Notes under the pieces: generated by a model
What the model was told of the DNA's origin: nothing
What the model saw: the letters and a program-made list of their open reading frames with translations, nothing else
The model's database searches: none
Shown here: one piece after another, positions 49,321 to 61,092 of the stretch
Position numbering within the stretch: the first letter of the stretch is position 1
Layout of the letters: the number at the start of each line of letters is the position of its first letter
NCBI GenBank assembly: GCA_028534125.1
Contig: CM052817.1
Span: 9,426,001-9,490,000, forward strand
Length of the DNA stretch: 64,000 bases
Direction of reading: 5' to 3'
Source of the DNA: Lama glama
Taxonomy: Eukaryota
Made by a program: the position numbers and the translations under genes

Positions 49321-51480
49321 CCCCACCCGCTTCCGTGGAAATCAGCCTCTCCTGCCTTTTTCTCCTTTTCCACCCTCTCCCTTACCCTTCTTCCCACCCA
49401 GCCCACTTCACCCGGCCATTTCCCTCTCTCCACACCGTTCTTTATGTCTTCCAGTTGTTTACTCTATGCAGCCTCTCGTCTCACTTTCTGTAACCCCCTC
49501 TCTTCGTAGCATCTCCCCTTATTTCTCTGTTTCTCTCTTCCTCTCCTTTCTCTGTTTTCCTCTTTCATTGTAACCACCGCCTTCTCCAAAGTCCCCTCCT
49601 CTCTCTTTACTTTCTTCCTGTCCTCGTCTCCACAACAACCCCTCAGATCTAAATTATGTTTCTGGTTTGTTGGCATTTACTCTTTCTCCCGTGTGGTTCC
49701 CCGGGTACTCCCCAGGAACAGGAGTGCTGCGCACAGGGCCTGGGACGCAGGAGAATCCCCCGTAAGTGGGAGCACGCTCATTCCACCCCGTATTGGAAGC
49801 AAGTTAAAAGAAATGTGCAAAGTGAAGCAATGTAAGTAGAAACAAACAAAAAAAATCAAAGCCATGAGACGAAAGAGAAACAAAATATGTGAACCACAGG
49901 ACCCAATCTGGTTACTGTGATTGAGCATGAAATTTCACTTCCTGGCAGCCAAACGCAGAGCCCTTTCAGACTTAAATTGACCCGTGTCCTCTGTGGTGTG
50001 CTGGCTCGGGGTGAAGGGCTGCAGGAGAGGAAATGAATTCCTTTCCTCTTGCCCTGACCCGGGTCCTGCCTTGGAATGACTGTTTTCACCACCATTTAGC
50101 TGCATTTTCAATATTCGATGGACCTCTCCCTGGCTCCCCAGGACTGTATTGTGTAAAAACCTCACGCTTTTAGAATGTCGTCTTGGGAGTAAAGAATGCA
50201 AGTCTATCATCAAGGCAATTTGTAGTTGAGGTCTTTCCTAGGATGTCGCAAAAGGAAATCCACAATCTGTGGTTAAACAGAAAGTTTACTGAATGCAGGT
50301 TCAAGCAACAGCTGTGTGGTTTGTAGGAGAAAAATATCAGATAAAGAAAGAAGGAAGGTAGGAAGGGAGCAGGGAGGGAGGAACGGTTTCTCTGAATCCT
50401 TTTCTATTTTTCCCTAAAGGTACTCAACTTCCTTATCTTCCTTTACCTTTACTCTTTCCTCTTTTCTGTCACTGTCACCTTCCCTCTGAAGCCTGCAGAG
50501 AAACCAGCCACTCCCTCCCAGTGAAAACCCAGGTGGCCCCTCATTTCTAACGCTTTCTCCTGAACGTAGAAATGAAACCATCAGCACAGATTTTCCATTT
50601 TGTCATTGACTCAGCTGTTATCCCAGACGCGCGTGACAACAGGGCAGTGCCTAAGACCATCACTGTGATGCTCGACTCTGGACTCCAATGTCAAGAGGGA
50701 CATTGTCAAGCTGAAGGAGACGTGGCTTGTGGGAATCAGAAGATGAGAAACCTTAAAACCAAAGCACACAAACAGAGATGGCAGGGTCCTACCCTGGAGA
50801 GGGGAAACTGTTGAGACCTGTGAGACTGACTTCAGGGGTTTGAATGTATCACTCAAGTAGAACTTTGGAAGCAGTTCTCCAAGACTTGGCATCAATTATT
50901 TAGAATTCTAGTCCAGAGAGGATCTGACCTGAGTTACAGTCACAATTGTGTCATTTTTCTAGGCTTATGATGTCCTTGGGCAACTAACTCTCCCCATCAT
51001 CTCCATTTCTTTGATATGAAAATAAGGATAATAGTATCCACGTCCTTGAGGTTGTTGTGAGGCTGTAACATGGTACTCAGTCCATCAGAGCTGAGATTAA
51101 TATCCTTGGTACTTCTGTTGAAAGGCAATAGAAGAGAAAGGAGTAGATATATGAGGTTCTTGTTTGGATCATAAAACATATTTTCTTTCCTGCCTTCCTG
51201 CCTTCCTTCCTTCTTTTTTTCTTTTCCTCTCTCTGTCCTCAAAGCCATCTAGCCATACCTTGAATCTGCTTTCTGATTAACCAAGATTGACGGATTTCCT
51301 TTAGCAACGCCATAGCAACAGCTCCAACTATACATTGCCCTAATCACAACACTTGCATCCTTTATTACACAGAACCACACTCTAAGAACAGGATTTGAGT
51401 GAGACCCTGAAAGAGATTCCAAAAAAGTGAAACAGAGCTTTGCAGTATTATATAAACAAAGGAGAGAGAGAGAGTCTTAG

Positions 51481-51659
51481 CTGTGGTTCTTAACTTTAGC
51501 TGCACTGTAATCATCAACAAGGGAGCTTTGAAAATTCCCAAAGCCCAGGCTGCACCCCAGACCATTACATCAGAATCCCTGGTGCTGGGATCCAGGCACA
51601 AATAATTGTTTAAAGCCCTGGAGGTGATTCTCATACGTCGCCAAGATTGAGAACTGCTG
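51481..51659. mobile_element. MER5A/B hAT-Charlie MITE
   Basis: ctgtggttct...gggagcttt...gcccaggctgcaccccagacca...atcagaatc...ggtgattc...ttgagaactgctg. Confidence 0.88.
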
Positions 51660-53841
51660 CTTTAGAGAAAGTTGTTAGCCAGTGTGGGGAAAGCTGCAGA
51701 GATGACGAGGCTGGATGAGTACGCGTGGCGTGAGCACGTGGATAATTCTCTAGACTCTAGACAGACCTTTCGGGAGAGCTGTGGACATAGAAATCAGACT
51801 TGAAAAGGAGAAGTGAGTGGCTAGGAAGAGTCTACAGTAGCTCAATCCTTCAACCAGTGTGGTGGAATCCAGAAGGGAAGAGTAAAAAAGACAACCTGAG
51901 GTGTTAGCAAAAGCAAAACAGTTTATTTTTAGATGGGAGACCTAAACATACTTCAGCCAAAGGCGAGTCTACCATATCTTGTATACTGCCATTTAAGTTT
52001 TGGGAAATAGTGAAAAACTGTTGGAGCTGATACAGTAGATTTCATCTTGATGATTTCAGGTCCATCACAGGCTCTTAACCAGCTACACCCTCTGCTCTCT
52101 GCCTTACTGCTCCTTTCATTTGAACTGCCACTTGTTAAATTTTCTGCTCTATGTCAAATTTGTCACTCAGTGACCTCTCATAATCCTCACAAAATCCTGT
52201 AAAGTGTCAACCTCCCTTTTATAGACAAGGAAACTTTTCAGATAAGGAACTGAAATTCTGAGAGATTCCATGGTTTATCCAGAGTAAGTGACAAAACCAA
52301 GATTGAGACCTGGGTCTCTAAGACCCCAAAGCCAACAGTCTTTTTACCCTGCCCCCGTGCCTCCAGATGAAGCACAAATTCAGTCCTTGGAGGGTTGCAT
52401 GCTTCCTTCGAAACCTGCAAAATGACAAAAACTATGCCCTGAAACGTGGTGTTCCAGCACCAGGCCTTTGGAGTGAAACGAATGAAAACATGAAAATGTA
52501 TCAGAGGCTACAGAAGGGCTTGATCAAGGTACAAAGCCGTTTAGAGAGAGGTGGGCATGCAGTCTCTGTCGTCACTGATATAGATGTCCAAGGAGGTGAT
52601 GGAGAAACAGCCAGAATGGGGGTTGCCCACAACTGACCCTAATCAGAGAACATAGTGTCCTGAGCTCTGTGCTCAAGTGCAGTGGGGTGTGGACAGGAAT
52701 GGCCACTCTCAACACTGTTCCTCTCGGCCACTTGCCTGCACTTTCCTCCTTCCCTGGACATGTCGTCCTTGATGACTTCTGCCTGCCAAATCCCCCCAGG
52801 CGTGCCAGTTCATTTGGCCATCTTCTCTTGCTGAAACCAAACCTCTACATCCCTTGATTACCCCCAGAACAAATAATGAGTACTCATTTGCAAGCAATAT
52901 TTTCCTCCTCACACATCCAGGTATACGGGGTCCAGAGAGCTGCTTTGAGTTCTAGGATATTAGCTTCAAGGAGAATAAAATGCAATAAAAAATATAACAT
53001 TTGTTCCAAATAGCTGCAAAATCCGTGTCAAAGATGATTTCCATTTGGGCTGCCATCCATGGACATCATTATCGGTTATCTCTTGTTCTCAGATGGGGGA
53101 ATGAGCAAGATTATGGCTATCCCATCCACTCAAAAGGCCTGGAAATTGCTCATGCAATGTCCACACAGAAGAGCCAGTGACATTCTGTGTTGCCTTTAAA
53201 AAAAAAACAAAAAAACTTTACTATTGTATTTTAAAAGAAACTGGCCAGCAAGTTCATTCCAGGACGAGTTTTAGATTCTTTGAGAATCAGATTGGGTAAA
53301 ACCAGAACAGAGACTGTTTAGTTTGGACAGAAAAATTGCCAACATGCCCATAAAAGGAGGGATCAGCTGAATATTTTCTTTGGGTTCTTGTTTGCAGAAT
53401 TTCTTCAAAAGTTAGTCTAACAAAAATTCAAGAGAAGCCCTGCAATGCACCCATGAAATAGAGACACCTCAAACAGAGCTGGGATCTCAGACCAAATCAG
53501 TCCAGGGAATTTGTGGTAATTGGGACAAGAGTCCCGTCTATGATGTCCTGGATTGATTACAAAATTCATCAGAAGGGGAGGTGGGATGTTTGCTGAGTTT
53601 CCACTGAGTGTCTGGCATGTGTCCTACATCCTAGCAGGTATTAGATGAATAATATTTCATTCCATCCTCGCAGTCACCCCTTTGGAACCATAGTTGTCTC
53701 ATTTACCAAGAAAGAAAAAAAGAATAGAAAATATGACAAGTGTATGAGTGAGCTATGGGTGGAAGAATGAGATTGAAACTACTGTTTACCCAGAATGGGC
53801 TTGAATCAATGAATGAATGAATCGGAGAAGGTAACAACAAC

Positions 53842-53868
53842 TATATATATATATATTTATATATATAT

Positions 53869-53903
<35 letters not shown>

Positions 53904-53921
53904 TATATATTATACATATAT
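53842..53921. repeat. (TA)n(CA)n compound microsatellite
   Basis: Directly visible. Confidence 0.95.
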
Positions 53922-55852
53922 TCTCCAATGGGTCTATAGGCTGTGTGTCCATTTCAACCTTTGGAAATTGGAAGCTGTAGTTTCATGTCTAAAGCTTCAG
54001 TCTAGGGACGTCCCAGTATGTGTGGACCTCCAGGAAGAAGTACGGCCATCTCTTCCTCTTCCTCCTCCACAGCTGTTCTGTAGTCGGGTGTTTATGTGCA
54101 TTTAATTCCCATCAAAACCCACTTTCCAACCCAGGGAAAATGAGAGTCACAAGGCTCAAACTTCAAAAGAAAGAAGGTTGGACAGGATCTTGAAAGGATA
54201 TGGACCCATGTGGAGACTGGGAAGAGGGTGAGAGGAGGAAGGTTTGCAGATGGAGGCCTTGGTTTGATCATGTTCTGGAAGGAAAGGAGTGAGATAAAAA
54301 TCAGATAAGGGTTGAATAAAGGTTCAAACCATGAAGGACTCAGAATACGAGAGGTAATTATGCCTTTGTTTTCGAGGAACTGGGAACCCATCAAAGTCTT
54401 CTGAGTGAGGGAGACATGTGGGAAGCAGAGGTTTAGAAGGATTAAGTTGGCCAGGGTTTGGGAGAACGGCTGGAAGTGGGGAGGCCAGCTGGGGGACTTT
54501 CTGCAGAAGAATTCAATGACACTCAAGGCCATGGCCGTTCGAAGGCTGTACATGCCTTTTTGGCTCTGCTGTGTGCTCTTTGGATGAAGCAGGCATCTTT
54601 AAGCAGTTTGCGCTCTACCGAACAGACTCCCGTGGGATGGTCTCATTCCCATGGCCTCTGATGTGGACATGTCACCCTGACAGTGAGTGAATTCCAGGAA
54701 CCCTTCCAGCAGAGAACACTCACTATAGAAGGGGGCCCAGCTACAGGCACGTTGACCTTAGGAAACAGGGAGACGGGGATGAGAAGAAAGCTGCTTGGGC
54801 AAAGAGGAAAAAAAATGTGCTTGCCTCTTAAAGAGCTGTTCTCAATGCCCTAGGACACGATTTAAATGATGGTCCCAAAGCAAAAGCATCAGAACGTGAA
54901 GGGTTCCCTTGAACTTCGTACTTAAAGAACAACTTCCATGGAGACACTGCCTCACCCCTCCCAGGCTCGCCCGTTCCTTCTTTTATCAGAGCCATCTCCG
55001 GAGACCACTGCATTAGGAACATCCTCACGGGGCCTTGTTTTGGGGGGGGGGGGGGTAGGAGATCTGTGTATATTACAAGTTGTGAAAATTGAAGGGGACT
55101 GTGTGGGGAAAGAGGCTGCAGAACGAGGGTTTCATCTCAGCTCGCTCAGCCATCTGATCTCGGGCAAGTTCATTCAGCTGCGGAAAAGTCACAGAAGCTC
55201 GAGGATCAGATGAAGTCATACAGATGACAGCACCCTCCTCAAAGTAAGGAGCTGGCCCTGAGGTCCGCAGAATCAGAAATCAAGGCCTCCAGGGCCAGGC
55301 AGGAGACGCAAACCAACGCAGTGGGCCGAGCGGGGAAGACCTGGTATCCGCAGCCGCCGTGCCCCACCCAGAGAGAGCATCAACCTCTCAGCCCCACTCA
55401 ATTTATCTCCCAATTTTTAAATAATAGCAGCTCACTGGGATCATCTACATACCCCAACCAAAGCAGTGGACCCAGCTGGGCTGCCAGCTTGCAAACATGG
55501 ACTGGCTGCTTGCAGATTCTTCGGCTCAAAGCCCAGTTCTGCCACTTGCGAGTCGTGTGTGTTTGGACAAGGTTCACATTTTCCCTGAAGCTTACTTTTC
55601 CCGTCAAAGAAATGTGGATAATAAGGGGGCTGCAGAGAGCAGTGCTGGAGATTGACTGAGACCAAGGGTGCTGGGCTCAGCAAGCAGAGGGAGGTCGGAG
55701 CTGGGGAGGGAAGCCCCCTGCTGTGCCAGACATTAACCCTTCAGTCACTGGTCTGCAAGGGGGTCTAGTGGGTGGGAGACTGGCACAGCAGCTTTCACCA
55801 AAGCTCTTCCTCCACTTTTCAGTCTCCTTAATGTTCAGTAAATGACAACAGT

Positions 55853-56015
55853 TTTTTTTGTTTATCTTTTATTGAAGCATAGGTGGTTTACAATGTTAGT
55901 TTCAGGTGAACAGCAAAGCAATTCAGTTATACATGTACGCACACATCTATTTTTTTCTTTTCAGATTCTTTTCCATTATATGTTATTACAAGAAGTTGAA
56001 TAGTTCCCTGTGCTG
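55853..56015 (-). mobile_element. L1 3' end fragment (artiodactyl type)
   Basis: ttttattgaagcatag...tttacaatgtt...attcagttatacat...tttcagattcttttccattata...agttccctgtgct. Confidence 0.88.
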
Positions 56016-56426
56016 TTAAGGCTCCAGTAAGGTTCACTGCTGCTCTCCATCCAGAAAGGTTCTATGTCACCCAACACTGCGCTCTGTGTTAAGGGCTATA
56101 AATCCTGAGGAAAACACAGACCCTGACTGTTACAGGCATGTACTAGTGTCATTACTGACCTGCGATATTTAAATGACTCATGAAAAGGGCAATGCCACTA
56201 GACTTGGGCTGTCCCTGCCCCCTGACATGCTTGGGCGTGGCCTCCTCCACCAACGTCTGGCAGGAGTAATAGGATGGTCTGGCCACTGAAAGGCTTCGGG
56301 GTCTCCACATGGAGAGAGCCAGCCATCCTCTGAATAGCCAGGGCTTTGGGATGGCAGTGGGAGACCAGTCATGTGAGAGTTGGGTTCTACAAGCAAAAGG
56401 AATCACCCACCTTTTAAAACCACATA

Positions 56427-57058
56427 TAATCAATTCTTGCTGCTCACAATAGCGCTGTTCTATTTCAAGTCATTTCAAAGACCAAATCAGCAAATTCATT
56501 GTTCCTAGGGGAACACAAAGTTAGGTGCCTGCAAGCCTCTGGTCACAGCGTTTTCAAGAACTGACCTACACAGACCCTTGTTTCACACGTGTTTCTGTTT
56601 AAAGACGCTTTATTCAGTACGTATTGTTGATTCATTAGCGTTGAATACATGTCATCAGAACCGTAACTCATGCCTAAAGGATGCTTATCTAATGCACATA
56701 TTGTCTCCATAAGGCACATCGTGGCTTTCTTAGGAACATGCACTTAGGAACACCAGCTTTTCTCTGCATGGGGGCCACTGTAAACAGCAAAATCACCAAC
56801 AAAAACCAAAAAGTGCAAAAAATGTGGCACGACACAGATGACGAAACGGATACCCGTTTATAGCGTGAGAGCTGAAAGAAGAAAGCAGCGCACAGCCTTG
56901 GTCACCCTCAGCTGGGAACATGCGTGTCAGGTGACTCGAATATTTTGCAGTTCTGTGCATATCCGCCAACAACCAGGAAAGCATTGAGTGCTGATTTCCG
57001 GGTTGCAAATACATTTCAGCAAGTAGGAGAATTCGACAATACAGAATCCACAGATAAA
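56427..57058 (-). mobile_element. MER82-like Tigger element with decayed transposase N-terminus
   Basis: gcctctggtcaca, gtgtttctgtttaaagac, aaacagcaaaatcaccaacaaaaa, cctcagctgggaac, gcaagtaggagaattcg; ORF 56543-56743 reads KKATMCLMETICALDK..GMSY. Confidence 0.8.
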
Positions 57059-57614
57059 CTATATCTAAAAGTTACTCACACACTTAACATTTGCATTTAA
57101 ACTCAGCCTCAGCTTGATTTATTCTAAGACCCGTAAGCATTAACTAGCCCAGAGGACATTACTGATGTTGAAAAAATTAAAACATTCCATTATAGAATTG
57201 GTTTTTTTTTCCCTTGAAACGACATAGACACTAAATGGAATTATCCCTGAGACATCCTACCAAGATACTGCATCAGCCACTCACATATTCTAGCATCAAA
57301 TGGACAGAAAATCTTCCTATTAAGGCAGACTCTCTTTGTGGAACTTCTACTAACTGATCTTAGTTCTGTCCTTGGAAACTACACAGTACAGGGTCAAACC
57401 TCCTTCCTCATGGTGGTCTCTCAAATATTTGAAGACATTACCGGTTCCCTCTTTCAAGACGGCAGTTCCCCACATTTGACATCCCCATTTCTCACATTGA
57501 CCCCAATTTTTCCATCCTTATTGCTTTCCTGGAACAACGTTCTAAATCTGTCAGAAATTAACTGCCATGTCCTGCTTAGGCTCTGGAATGAGATGAGTAG
57601 CCTCAAAGTCTGCA

Positions 57615-58110
57615 GGTTAATTTGCACAGCTTTGCTGAGGAGTGCCTTGGCAATATATGTGACACTCTTTAAAATAAGCATAACCTTCCATGTCTTAAAG
57701 TTTATGCTAAAGAATAATTATGGAAATGTGCTAAAACTTAGTATGGAGATGTTCATTACAGGCGTCTTTATTATTCCAACACGTGGAGACACCCAAGAAT
57801 AGAACAATATTAAAGAAATTATGGTCTGTCCGTACAGCCATTGAATACTACGTAGCCATTCAAATGACCATGTTAACAAATCTACATTGACTTACATAGG
57901 TATTTATATAATCATAATAGAAAAGATTATAAATGAGTGGTTAGAATCTGATTACATCTTGTTAAAGCCCCCATCTGTGAGGAGGGAAAACATTCCCAAG
58001 AGGTTAACAAAAACTCTCAAAGTTTGATTCAATTGAGAGCGTTTCCCTTTTTCTTTGTCTATTTTTTTCTACCATAAGCTATTATGTTCATAATAAGGAA
58101 AACCAATTCT
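57615..58110 (+). mobile_element. Very old L1 (L1ME-like) fragment
   Basis: ttggcaatatat, gatgttcattaca, aaattatggt, gaatactacgtagccatt. Confidence 0.55.
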
Positions 58111-59074
58111 GTTCAGCGTTTTAAAAGATTCCGATTAAAACCGCCCTTTGGTAGCTCCCTGTTGCTTTCAGAAAGGAGTCCAAATACCTGGCCAGAGACA
58201 CAAGCCTGCTTACGATTTTACCTCCCAAGCTCCATCACCTAACCATCCTCACCAGTACTTTCCACTTTGGCCATAATGAACCATCGAAAATATCCCCAAT
58301 TTTTATCCCTGCTTTCCTTCTTCTACTTTCTGCCTGAAATATCCTCTAGGTTTAGAAACTGATTCAGTGAGATTATCCAAAATTACGTAACTGGCAAAAC
58401 CAGTCCAGGCGGCCTGGATCTGAAGCTGGGGCTGCCTCTCCAGGATCAGAATGAAAAACTCGGACAGTCAATGTGGTATTTTTCTAATTATCTTGGTGCC
58501 ATATTTAATCTCAGCCAAGGCAAGTTAATCACTTACGCCATTTACAACATTATCTGGAGGAGAAAGAAAACCCTAAAATACAGCCCTTTCCATTGTCAAG
58601 ATGATTTCAGGAATGTGTTTTCTCCCTTTAAAGAGCAGTGGTCCAGGGTATTTGGAGCAATATTTCAGCCAGACGTGAAAGCCTGCTTCGCAAATACATG
58701 CCCTGTGTGTCCGATTTCACTAACCTGGTCCACTCTGACTTCTTTCTTTGTCTCTTTTATTATAAGAAGTTAATATTGAATTTCAAAACCCAAATGGCAT
58801 AAATAAATTCCAGATGTCTCCCCAAATCCTGAAATCTCACATTAGACTAAGGGCAAACATTGCTCTATATGAGTAGAGGGTTACATTTTAATTCACTGAA
58901 AAGCCAAAAGGATCTCTGGGCAATTCTTCCACCTTTATTTCACCAAGAAAACGTATGAATACTTTTGAGTTTCTTATGAGCTGAGTCCTCAAGATTCACA
59001 GCCCAGCTGTCTGACATGTGTTCCACATTATTTCTCCCCATTAAGAGATAAAATAACATCTCCATGAAATGTGG

Positions 59075-59280
59075 GGTCCCAGAGCCAGGCTGCCTCAATT
59101 TCAATCCAACCAGGTGATTTTGGGCAAGTCCCTTAACCTCTCTAGTCCTCAGTTTTTCCATCTGTCAAGTGAGGATAATCATAGGACTCCACAGTGTTGT
59201 TGTGGAGATAAGTGAGTTAATAATTAAAAGTGTTTAGTACAGAGTCTGCCACACAGCAAAATGTTTACACTCATTATTAC
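59075..59280 (+). mobile_element. MIR SINE
   Basis: ttgggcaagtcccttaacctctct...cctcagtttttccatctgt...gttgttgtgg...gagttaat. Confidence 0.85.
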
Positions 59281-60559
59281 CTAAGAGGTAAGCATGACGA
59301 GCTGATGTAGGAGGTCTTAATGGCTAGAAATTCTCTTTCCTTCCTTCCCTCCATATAAGCAGGGCTGAGACTCCTTAAGCTTGGATTAAGGAGACTCTCA
59401 TCCTTCCGTGAGTGACTAAGGAGCTAACTTCAGATCCCAGACCTTTCCCCTAGTCTGATCCAGACCCAGACTTCCCTACCTGAGTCAGCATTCCTGATCC
59501 TCTTGCCTGAGCCATGCCATCCCACCAACTTTGTGGCCAGGGTAACTCCACGTACGTAAATATAAAAGCTCGGCCCTCAGAGGATTTGTGGACGCAGCTT
59601 CGCACCTCCAGTTAATTACAGGAGATCACATACGTAAAACACCGAAGTGCCGTAATCAGTGCTCAAAAACCAGTTTTCTTCCTTTTTCCCCCACCTGCCC
59701 TAATGACCGAGGCCTGTGTTTGCAAGAAACATTTCATTATAACCACAAAGAGACCTTTGTTGCTCACGTTTAACAGAGAATTTACAGTCCATATATCCTT
59801 CAACATCTCAGTTTCTCACCTTGAGACCATGCATTCCCTGCCAGAGGCAACCAGACCAAACTTGGCGCTGTTTCGCACTTGACAGAGCTTTTCACCTCTC
59901 AGTAGCAATGAAAGCTCGGGTAATATTTTGGTGCTTACAGACCCCGTTCACAGACATCACCTTACTTTTATATCAACTCTTTAAGAAGGTGTTATTGTGG
60001 TTGCTGTTTTTGTTGTTATCATCGTAATTTTGCAGCATGGAAGACTAAAGCTTAAACAGATGAAAAGGTTTGCCTCAAATCATACAGATGGCAAGTGACT
60101 CCATGGAGATTTGAACATGGATTCTCTATTTTGAAATTCTTTTCTTCTTTTTCTACCGAACCTCACTGTGAAAGTTAGAGCGTTAACGAGTGCCAGCCTT
60201 CAAAGAAGCCTCGTTAACTCTTTGCTTGCATCACTCCCGTTGGAGGTCCTTTTTTTCACTTTAAGCTCTGATTTTTCTGTTTTGCCCTGGTTGGCAAAAC
60301 TGAGCTCAGCACAGCCATTCAGCCAGGTGGAAGCCATTTCTACAGGCCATCATGATTGTGTGCTGGATTTTTTTTTTTTTTTGAAAGAAGACATGTTTAA
60401 TTGGTGTTTTCTTTTGAGCAGAATTTTGTTATACTGCAGCCAAATACTGCCTCATCTAGAAAGAAAAATGAACTATTCCAGACAGTTTGTTCAAAACGAA
60501 GCCAAATCTTTTGCAACAGTGAAGTATTGTACACAAATCTGAAAGTATTCCATATTGAG

Positions 60560-61092
60560 GACAGGGTAAGAATGTGCAGTAGAGCTATGTCAACAGGGAA
60601 TGTTCCACTGCATGTAAACAGAGGTTTCTGTTTCTCACCTAAATAGCAGTGAGTTTGGAGATATGCAGTCAAGGGTCGGTACAATGGCTTCACAAGGTCA
60701 TCGGAGACCCAGGTTCCTTCTGCCTTTCTGCTCGTCCATCTTGGTACGTGGCTTTCTTGATCATGATCACAAGTTGTCTGGTCTACGTCAGTGTGACGAC
60801 TGCCTTCTGCATGAAGGCAAAACACAAAAAAACAAAATCTGAGCAGGTGACACCAGCTGTCCTTCCCCTTGAGGAAGTTTCCCAGCAACCTCTTCCATCA
60901 ACCTCTGCTGGCATATCATTATCCCTACTGGGGTTGTGTGTGTGTGTGGGGGGTCACACAACCTTCCCTGGCCACAGGGAGTCTGAAGAAATGGGTATTT
61001 ACATGGTCGCATTACCCCCCAAACAGACAAGATCTCCGTTAATCAGAAAGAAAAGAAAAATCAACGTTGGGAAGCAATTGGCAGAGTCTGCT
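60560..61092 (-). mobile_element. Old MaLR LTR (MLT1K/L-like)
   Basis: ggagacccaggttccttct..ctttctgctc, ggtcaca, agggagtctgaagaaatg, ttgggaagcaa..gcagagtctgc. Confidence 0.65.

Noticed and set aside
54092..54553. 153-aa ORF
   Set aside because: Overlaps L2-like degraded sequence; composition is not protein-like.
55041..55056. Poly-G run as a G-quadruplex element
   Set aside because: A simple homopolymer of unreliable length with no further support.
57338..57802. 154-aa ORF
   Set aside because: Non-ATG start, runs into an old L1 fragment, no recognisable protein.
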